Part shown: one piece after another, positions 54,276 through 64,000 of the stretch
How the letters are laid out: the number at the start of each line of letters is the position of its first letter
How positions within the stretch are numbered: the first letter of the stretch is position 1
Assembly: GCA_009914755.4 (NCBI GenBank)
Contig: CP068257.2
Location: 34,176,001-34,240,000 of the forward strand
DNA length: 64,000 nucleotides
From: the human T2T-CHM13v2.0 reference genome, Homo sapiens
Reading direction: 5' to 3'
The notes under the pieces: generated by a model
Seen by the model: the letters and a program-made list of their open reading frames with translations, nothing else
The model's database searches: none
Told to the model about the DNA's origin: nothing
Made by a program: the position numbers and the translations under genes

Positions 54276-54354
54276 GTGTGCTATAAATGGTTGTGAGTGG
54301 GTGGGCAGAGCACTGAGCTCAGAGTCCACAGCCAAGCATTTAGCCTGCGCTCAG

Positions 54355-54430
54355 CTGTGCACCTACTGTGTGTATGTGGGCAAGTCACCAGGCTTCTCAA
54401 ACATAAAATAAGGCTCTTAGATCGGATTTC
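54355..54430 (+). mobile_element. Possible MIR core fragment
   Basis: gtgtatgtgggcaagtcaccaggcttctcaaacataaaataaggctcttagatcgg weakly resembles gtgtgaccttgggcaagtcacttaacctctctg...catctgtaaaatgggg. Confidence 0.35.
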
Positions 54431-54462
54431 TCTGAGACCCTTGACAATTCCGTGTTTGTTAC

Positions 54463-54925
54463 TTAGGGCTGCTGCTGCAACAAATTACCACAAACTGGGC
54501 AACTTAAAACACCAGAAATCTATCCTCTCCCCCATTCCAAAGGCCAGAAGTCAGGTGTCAGCAGATGTGGTACCTCCTGGAGGCTCTGAGTGAGAATGTG
54601 CTCCATGCTCTCTCCTGGCTTCTGGGGGCAGCTGGCAGCCCTTGGCATTCAGGGCTTGGAGATGCATCACTCTATGCCCTGCCTCCATTTTTTACATTGC
54701 CTACTCTGCTGTGTGTCTCTGGGTCTCAAATCTCCTTCTCATTTCTCTTATAGGGACACCAGTCGTTGGATTTAGGGCTCACCCTAAATCCAGGATGATT
54801 TCATCCTGTGATCTTTAATTTGCTGTTATCTGCAAAGACACTATTTCCAAATAAAGGCACATTCACAGGTACCAGGTCTTAGGCCTTCAACGTATCTTTT
54901 GGGGAAACATAATTCTACCCAATAT
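54463..54925 (-). mobile_element. MLT1-like MaLR solo LTR, antisense
   Basis: ttagggctgctgctgcaacaaattaccacaaactgggcaacttaaaacaccagaaatctatcc...ctcctggcttctgggggcagctggcagcccttggcattcagggcttggagatgcatcac...tcttatagggacaccagtcgttggatttagggctcaccctaaatccaggatgatttcatcctgtgatctttaatttgctgttatctgcaaagacactatttccaaataaaggcacattcacaggtaccaggtcttaggccttcaac. Confidence 0.65.
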
Positions 54926-54987
54926 AAGCTGTAGACGTCTATCAGTTACTCAAGCCTGGCTAGATATCATACAGAAGACACAACTAA

Positions 54988-55330
<343 letters not shown>

Positions 55331-58137
55331 TTTCTTTTTCTTTTCTTTTTTTTTTTTTTAATTACCTGTAGATCCATTTGTGGATTATTCAACTACCCTT
55401 AACTTGAAAGTTGAGTGATCTTTTTAACGTTTTTCTCTTTTCATTTCTTAAAATACTGGCAGTGAGTCAGTCTCCAAATTTCAGATACTGATATTGAACA
55501 CTACCCTCCATGCTACCAGATCATTTATTTTGGTTTCTGTTACTGATTCCCGGCCTCCAAGTCCCCAGAAGCACAGCCACAGCGGCCGTGTATGGGTCCC
55601 AGCTGCCTTTTCACTCCTCGATGCCTTAAGTCCTGACGATGAAGGCAAGGACCCTTAGAAGAATCACACGGAGGCCTCCATGTTTCCTGAGCTCTGTTTA
55701 GAAAGAATCAAATCAGTCTCATATAGGCCACAAGGAGACCAGCAGTACCATGTAACCTCAGACATGACACAAAGTGTCCCCAGCACATCCCACGCAAGCA
55801 TTATTTTTTAAATGCATTTGCAGTAGGGAAAAGTATTTCTGATACTTCTATACCTAGTTGTACCAAATAATGCATTTGTGCAGTTGATGGATGAGGTGAA
55901 CAAAAGCAATCCTTTTGCTTCCTTGACGAATGTAGTTCTGCAGGCTTCATGGCTGGCAAAACCAATCCTATAGAACCCAATGCTTGGAGACAGAGCTCCA
56001 CCAGGAAACAAGGCCAAGCTGTGTGCTGCTCTTACGTTATGTCTATTTTAGAAGTTGACTTTGGCAGAGGTGTTGACCACTGACACAATCTATCTACTTC
56101 CAGAAAAGATAAGCGGGGAGGGAATCAAACAAGGAATTGTCTTTAAATTCTCACTTGGAAACAGACGCCTTGGCTTGAAAAGGGGAGTAGAATACTAGCT
56201 TCAATGATGATGAACAAGTTGGAACAAATTATAAAGAAAATATTGAAGCTATAAATAATTTATTTTTAAAGAACCTGTGTGCTAAAATATCTCCTGACTA
56301 GGAAATTCTAAAGAATGTAAATCTCCAGATTATAGTCTATCTGAGGCAATGTTTTTCCAGAACTATTGGAATGTGTCTACATAACAAACTCAATAATCTT
56401 TTGAAGAGTTCACTGTTAAGAGGACTCCTAGGACACGAGGAGCAACGGGATGATCACACACTCATGGTTGTACCTTCAAGTAAAGAAAAATGAGAACTTT
56501 AAATCACCCAAGATGAGGAAGCTCTGTAGCCAGACTGCTCTCATTCAAATCACCAGGAATGTTTCAATCTGATGCCAGCTTTCTCCCTTACAACAGTGAA
56601 TGGATAAAAAGGGGAAAACTCAAAAGGGATATTCACAGCGCCTTCTAGTTCCCACCTCAGTCCTATCTCAAAATACCTGAAAATTCTGCCACAGCCCTTT
56701 TTCCTTTACTCTAGAACGAAATGACAAAATTAAACTTTATAAAAGTTTATGAAACGAAACCTCACAAAACCTGTTACTGAGGTTCAACGATATATTTTTA
56801 AACTAATAATGTGAATTTTTCCATGCTGAAGAGTCATGTAATTGGGTCACCAAATAAAAAAAGACACAGCTGTAATAGAAACCATTTTAGGGGGGAAGAA
56901 AGTCCTGACTAATCACGAAGTGATGCAAATGCAAAAGGAAATACTTAGACTGTATTTTTACCCAGCTGAGTAGTCAGATGTTTGGAAATGCCCTGGATTT
57001 TTCGAAATATTTCCAGCTGTTAATAGCAAAACGGCTCAGATGCTTCAGAAAGAAAGAACACACACTGAAACCTTTTTTTTTTTTTCCTGTGTACTTTTCT
57101 TAATTACAGCTGCTCCCTTCCAACTGCAAGAGGGGATCTAAGTGTAAAGATGTTAAAGCTTAGATGTTCACCCTGAGCTCCACACGGATTTATTTTTATG
57201 AAAATGACTGAGAAGTGCAAGCCTGGGAATACGCAGAGAACTTCAAAAAAGAGCCTGGAAAAAGTAGGAGGTGATAAAGGAGTTAGCACATTTTCAGTTT
57301 GTTTCTCTTACAACCTGTGAGAGAACCCAGACAGCTGATGGGCTCCCGGAGAAAACTCAGGTAGCTGCACTCCAGAGAGTTTGGTGAGGCCCCAGCCAGC
57401 ACCAGAGACCTGTGGTGAGCTGGCCTCCAGGAGAAGGTGGTGACAGCGGCAGCCGAGTTACATGGCGCCAGATCCCAGAGGACGAGCTCTGGCAACCGCC
57501 TGTGCACTCCCCTGCAGCCTTTTCTTCAGAAGTGAAGATGGGGGAGTCTGGTCAACCACAGGTGAGGTGGCAACTCAGAGGGAAGCCTGCACACTGTCAG
57601 CTCAGCCAACCCTAATGAGGACCAGACACCCAGAAATATTTGCAGACTCAGCAGGGGCGGGAGTGAGAAGTGGAGTTGGCTGGCCTCAAACCACCACCAG
57701 CTGAGCAAGGCTCCTCAGCCAGGGTGTGTCTTCTGGGACTCCCGGGGCAAAAGGTGGCATTAGAGATGGAAATTCAAAACAGGCTGGGGGCTCTGGGGCC
57801 AGGTTTTGTCCTGGGCGACTGCTTGGCACTTTCCCCAAAACAGCACACGGAACCTGTGAAAAATGTGCTCTGGCCCCCTTCAACCTTGACCCTGAGGATT
57901 GAGGGTGGGAACTGCGGTGGGTTTGCTCAAAGTCCTTATCACCACTCACTGGCATGTGTTCCCTGGCTCAGAGCCTGTCCCTAAGAAATGGGAAGAAAAT
58001 ACACAGCTCCCAAGGAGCTGCCAGCAGTTCCACACCAGGACCCTCTGAGGCCAGCCTCTCTGGGGACGGTGCATGCTGAGGAGTCCATGAGAAGGCTTAA
58101 CTTTCTGAAGATGTCACACTCAGCTCTTCTTAGGTAA

Positions 58138-58452
<315 letters not shown>

Positions 58453-58714
58453 TAGATTGCTAATCTGGCCATCTTTGATTAGAAGTGAGGTCAATACATA
58501 AAATGTTCCAATCAAATTCTGCAACATAATTTTTCAGTGTTCTTAAGGAAACCCTACCCATGAGCAAAATGGCATTAAGGACAATTGGTCATTCTTTTTT
58601 ATTTATTTTGGGAGGAGGGGGAGAAATGAGGGGCCTTCATTGTTCCCACTTCAAGACCAGCCCACTGGTTACAAAGCAGGAGAAAGGCAGGGGCGCTCCC
58701 AGGAACCCAGGGCC

Positions 58715-59181
58715 ATTGTTATGGGCTGAATTGCTCCCTACCGCCACCAAATCCACTGCTGAAATCCTAACCCCCAGGACCTCAGAATGTGAGCTTATTT
58801 GGAAACAGGGTTGTTGCCGATGTAATAAGTTAAGAGGAGGTCATACCGACACAGGTGAGCCCCTAACCCAACATGACTGGACTTCTTGTATAAAAGAATG
58901 CTATGTGAAAAGACAAACGCATAGACAGAGAGAAGGTGATGTAAAGACACAGGGAAGAGGTGGCCATCTGCAAACCAGGGGGTGCCTTCTTGAGACCACC
59001 AGCTTCTAGGAGAGAGGCCTGGAACAGACTCCCCCTCATGACCCATAGAAGGAACCCACCCTACTGGCACCTTGATCTTGGACTTCCAGCCCCAGAACCA
59101 TGAGACAATAAATGCCTGTTGTTTAAGCCACTCAGTCTTTGGAACGTTGTCCCAGCATCCCCAGGAAACTAAGGTAGCCAC
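58715..59181 (+). mobile_element. MLT1-like MaLR solo LTR, sense; the ORF-track entries 58560..59009(+) and 58795..59181(-) are spurious read-through of it
   Basis: tgttatgggctgaattgctccctaccgccaccaaatccactgctgaaatcctaacccccaggacctcagaatgtgagcttatttggaaacagggttgttgccgatgtaataagttaagaggaggtcataccgacacaggtgagcccctaacccaacatgactggacttcttgtataaaagaa...ggtggccatctgcaaaccaggg...ggcaccttgatcttggacttccagccccagaaccatgagacaataaatgcctgttgtttaagccactcagtctttgg. Confidence 0.75.
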
Positions 59182-62100
59182 ATATGACTTTCATGGGCCC
59201 CTGGCACTTTTGTCTTTGTGGGCCCCATTCTCCGTAAAAAATATCCAGAATGGCTCCACAACTGTGTTGGTATAGAGGCAAATAAAATCTGGGCTGGAGC
59301 ATGTTCATTTTTTCTTCTGATTTTAGAAGAAATGAAAACATTTTCATGGGTCTCTAAAAGTCCCACAGGACCTTGGCTCTGTGCCTTTCACACCTCATGG
59401 AGAAGTCCACCCTGTAGAAAGAATCACTGAGGTCCCCAGATTGGGTCGGGCACCTCCCCGGCCTTTCTCTATTTTGGCACCACACGCAAATTACCTGTTA
59501 TTGTGTCTAACAGCTCCCTCTCCCCACCTCTGGCTCACACTCCAGCAAAAAGACATGTCTCATTTATCTTTGCAGCCCTGGCACACCTTAAATGCTCAAT
59601 AAATAGCTGCTGCACCAACTTGAACTGAACAGATAGAGACCTAAGTTACTCAAGGTCATTAGTGAAACATGAAGCAAGAAAAGAGCAAAAGAAGGAGGTT
59701 TTGGCAAGAATGGAGCTTTAATAGCTGGAGCCTCAGCTCCTGGTAGCAGAGTGAGGATCTGGGAGCTCGGCCCAGGAAAGTTTCTGAAACTGCAGTAAAA
59801 CGAGTGTTTTATAACCACCTATTCTGTTCCATTTTTTTTCTCTCTCTGTCTTCATCTTTAAATTCTGTTTTTCACAGTCCAGAGCTTTGTGGGGTTTATT
59901 AATACTTACATCAGTTATACTTTGCCTTTCTTCAAATCAGAGTTTCTCAAATTCTGACTTTTCCACTGAGATTTTCTGACAGTAGATTTGGCCTTTCTAG
60001 ACCCAACCTCACTTATGGTTCATGACAAGTTTATAACTCGTTCTCATCTTGGGACAATTTCTACTTTTCCTGCTGACCATGCTTCATCTTTGCCATATCT
60101 CAGCATGAAAAAAGTTATTTTCTCCACCAGAAACTCACATGAGTGAACAGGAAACCCTTGGTTAGCCCTTCTGCCACCACACAAAATTTTTAAAAAGAAA
60201 TAAACAGTCATTCTTCTGGACACTGGGGAGAGATAAACACAAAAACATACAGTATGATTGGGAAGATAAGACGTCTACGTTTCTAATCATGTGTCATAAT
60301 CATGTGTCATAAACTTTCAGAAGAACGTTCCACAAAAAGCACTCAATGGGAGACTAATAGTGTCACACAAGTGGAAGATTCTAAGGACATAAATTTGGGA
60401 GGTGCAGGATTAAAAAGGCAAAGACAGTTTCTATAATGCAGAACTTCTCAGATCCTTGAAAGTGCTAACATGCTAGATGAATCTCCATGAGGCAGATCAA
60501 ATAGCGGGCACTTCCTAGATTGACTTGACCACGGAATCCTCCTACGGGGGAGTGGGGTACGGAGAGAGGTGTGTGGGGAGAGGAATACATGTTCCAAAAA
60601 TAATCTGGAAAACACTAGACTAGCAATAGATCTGTCAAGTTTCAAAGATGAACACCCTATTTTCACAAGAACTTTCTGGCATAAGGACCATTCACTGTGA
60701 CTATTCGCATGAGGAATATTCACTGTGGGCTGAAGCCCTTGGAGAGGGTGTCTTAATAGTAGTGTGATTCGTATTCAGGCTCAAAACACAGCCAGATGGG
60801 CCTTCCTTAGTGAGAGAGGAGTGTGAGGAGGATGTATTGGCTGGGAAAATCACTTCAGCAAGGGAAAAAATTTACAAGCTGTGTTTGAAGAGCACCAGAA
60901 GACTGGTGTGGAAGGGTTACCATTGATGAAACCAGAAAGAGGAGGAGACATGGGTGGGAAGGAGTGTTCGAACCTGACCATGAGTGAGAGTCTCACCCTG
61001 TGGGATGCATGGGAAACAAGGACTCAACCTCAAGGGAAAGCACACCCCATGGGTGCTGGAAAAGCATCACCAAATTAGGCTCCAAAGGATAAAAATGCTG
61101 CTTCCTGTCTGCTTGGCGGGAGGGAAGGCGGTGCCCAGTGAGCAGGGGTGTGGACCTGGCATCTGGTAGAGCACCACAGCATAGGGGCAAGAGCCCCAGG
61201 CGCATCAGGAAAGTCACGTTCCACACCCAGTGCTCCCGTGACTTCCAATAAGCAATTTAACCTCCCAGGGACTCAATGCCCTCACCTGTAAAATAAAAGG
61301 AAATGACACCCTAAGGTTTTCCCACTCTAACACCCTGTCGGTCCATGATGATGAGAACTTCCCATCTATCCAGCGCCAGGCAGAGGTACAGGTAATGGGC
61401 ATTTTGAGGCCAGACACCACATTCCATTCTCTCACTGTCAGCTTCACACAGACGGTGCCGGGCCCACAAACCATCTCTCACACAGATGGGGAAGGCAGCC
61501 GTCCCCATCTGGGCAGCTGTGCAGCCAAATACAGCTGCCTGTACAAGGGTGGGGGTCTCCTTGGCACCCAAGAGGCACAAATTCTGAAAAAACTAAGGGA
61601 CAGTATACTGGGGAGCCAGAGGAATTTCATGGGGTGTCCTCTCCGCTTTTGAAATCAGGCAAGATCATGGCCATGCTGTCTTGAATCTTAAACAACAGAA
61701 TCAATCAGGTTTATGTTTCCTTAGCTACTTCCCGAACTACAGAGAATCAATTAACAGTTCCTGAATCTGTAAAATTAAGAAATTAGTGATAGCTTCATAG
61801 AGTTTCAGAGTGAATTGAACGGCATAGGTGATACAAAACACGAAACTCCATGCCCAGCCCAGAGTGACAAGTCAATCAACATTCTGGGCTTTGAGGTCTA
61901 TACCTGTTGTGCTCAAACCTAATCATTTCCCAGGGTGCATCGCTGATATGCTGTGCCCTCTGTCTCCCACCACCTGCCTTGCATCTAATGCTGCTCCCTG
62001 CGTCTCAGTGGGACTTGGCTGCAGCCACTCAGGGTTCCTTTATTCCAGTGCCAAAATGGACATCAAGAGGACTAAGAAAATGTAGTCCCATTTGGGCATC

Positions 62101-62548
62101 TTAAACTCTTAAACTTACAGCTGACACTATAATTTTAGCTGAAATATTGGAAAATTTTTGTTTCCCATTATCAGCATGATTCTTACTTACTAAGATGAAA
62201 TATGGTTTCCTTTGGTTAAAAAAAAATACCCAATATGTTTTAAAAGATGAAGTAATGCTTAGTAACCTTGGTTGTTTTTTAAAACCCCTTCCTATTAACT
62301 GCTCAAGGGACAGGTTGTAATGTTGATCCACGCCACAGTGTATTTGCTTCACTTCCTGCTTCTGGCTGACCCTTTAACAGGAAAATTAATAGGGAACATG
62401 AGTCAATTAATCAGAATGCATAGTTATTTTTATGAACTCTACTGCCAGTGCATTAATTCATGACATGTGTTTCAAAAATTGGAAGAATGGCAAAAATATA
62501 GGTATAGATTGCTTATGATATATGATTCCAAAAGTCAGAAACCGTGAG

Positions 62549-62578
62549 TCATTCATCCATTCATTCATTCATTCATTC
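62549..62578. repeat. (CATT)n tetranucleotide microsatellite, about 7 units
   Basis: cattcatccattcattcattcattcattca. Confidence 0.9.
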
Positions 62579-63324
62579 AGGAAGTGTTCATTAAGTACCT
62601 ACTAAGAGCCAGTCACCATTCCAAGCATTGGAGGTAATCGATGAATCAAGTCAAAGAGGCACAACAGGCATGAAACAAACCCTTACACATTGATTTATGA
62701 TGGAGATGTGGAAAGGGTGGGATGGCACACAAACTAGGGGCCACACCAGAGGTCTGGCCAAGGTTTAAGAGGCACCGAGTTGCAGCCAGAAGGCTGATTA
62801 GGGACTCCCTTGATGGACAGACGGGGAGAGAGGACATAGTGACAGAAAGGCACTCAAGGTAGTAGAAATTTCCTATGAAAATGCTCTACGGCTCCAGGGA
62901 GCAGCGCGACTGAAAACAGTCAGAATATAAGGTCCACAGGCAGGGGGAAAATGAGCAGGAGTTAGATGGAGGAACAGCCAGAACTCAGAAGACTTGAGTG
63001 CCACACAAAGGAGGTGGGCTTCATCCTCAGGCAGTGCAGAATTTCTGAAGGGGCACTGTGGTCACACGTCTAAAATGTCACCCTGGAGACAGTGAGGTTG
63101 ATGGGAAGGGCAAGCCTGGTGGGAAGGAGACTCACTTGGAAGCTGCTATCAAGGTTCAAGAGAGGAACAATGAGGGTCTGGGGTGAGACAGTGGCACCAG
63201 AGAGAAAAAGCAGAGTGCATTTCAGGGGTATTTGGTAGCACGCCTCAGCAGGGTTTGTTCATGGATAGAGGTGGGGTGAGAAGAAAGGCCTGGGGTGGTC
63301 ACTGGAGGAAAGGCAGCTCCATCA

Positions 63325-63720
63325 CAGGACATTATGTTAAGTGAAATAAGCCAGACACAGAAAGACACACATCACATGTTCTCACTTATTTGCGGGAGCT
63401 AAAAAGTAAAACACCTGAACTCATGGAGATGGGGAGTAGAAGGAAGGCTAGGAAGGGTAGTGGGGAGGTCGAGGGGAAGTGGGGATAGTTAATGGGTACA
63501 AAAAATAATGAGAACAAATGAGTAACACCTAGTATTTGCAAGCCACAATGGGGTAAATACAGTAAAAAAAAAAAATTGTACATTTTAAAATAACTAAAAG
63601 AGTATAATTGGATGATTTGTACCCTGATGTGATTATTACACATTGCATGCCTGTATCAAAATATCTCATGTAGTCCATAAATATAGGCCACAAAAATAAA
63701 AAAATTAATTTTTAAAAAAT
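63325..63720 (+). mobile_element. Old LINE-1 (L1MA/L1PB-type) extreme 3' end
   Basis: attatgttaagtgaaataagccagacacagaaagacacacatcacatgttctcacttatttgcgggagctaaaaagtaaaacacctgaactcatggagatggggagtagaaggaaggctaggaagggtagtggggag...gttaatgggtacaaaaaataatgagaacaaatgagtaacacctagtatttgcaagccacaatggggtaaatacagtaaaaaaaaaaaattgtacattttaaaataactaaaag. This is the typical HAL1/L1M-style 3' terminus. Confidence 0.7.
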
Positions 63721-64000
63721 AAATAAGAAAAAAGAGGCAAATCCACCAACTCAAGTATAGGAGGGAGGACGAGAACCAGTGCTGGGGAAAGATCATGTGC
63801 TCCATTCAGCCATGTGGATTTGAGGGGTCCGTGTGCCACTCAAAAGGCAGGTGCTTGACAAGCTGCTGTGTATGTGGGTCTGAAGCTCAAGAAATAAGTC
63901 TGGGCTGGTGAAAGACATTTGGAAATCATCACTGCTATCACCATGGAAAACAAGAGAGGTCATGCAACTGATTACCCAGGAGGGGCCAGTGGAAAAAGAG

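Overview
This window reads as primate (human-type) nuclear DNA from an intergenic or intronic region. It is CpG-depleted and AT-rich, and roughly half of it is recognisable interspersed repeat. I count about 25 Alu copies on both strands, six LINE-1 pieces, at least 13 MaLR-type solo LTRs (THE1-like, MST-like, MLT1-like), four MIR fragments, one ancient MER-class DNA-transposon fragment, and several microsatellites. The LINE-1 pieces include one near-full-length old element with a long 5'UTR and decayed ORF1/ORF2, and two 3' ends carrying internal inversions. The microsatellites include two long (GATA)n-rich arrays sitting in the 3' ends of MST LTRs. I found no credible protein-coding exon, tRNA, rRNA or CpG island. 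Every ORF over 100 aa in the supplied six-frame track lies inside Alu, L1 or LTR sequence, or is unique low-complexity read-through. Prokaryotic-style systems such as CRISPR, operons or defence islands do not apply to this eukaryotic sequence, and I found none. The structure worth a second look is transposon architecture: two twin-priming-type inverted L1 insertions; a three-layer nest (MLT1, then MST, then Alu) plus a THE1 nested inside L1 ORF2; a roughly 140 bp dispersed duplication embedded inside an Alu; and a roughly 165 bp inverted-repeat pair 5 kb apart, one copy of which sits inside an expanded GATA array. There are also two small CpG-retaining unique patches. Coordinates were read by eye from the numbered sequence lines and may be off by a few bases. 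Repeat family names come from recalled consensus sequences, not from a search.
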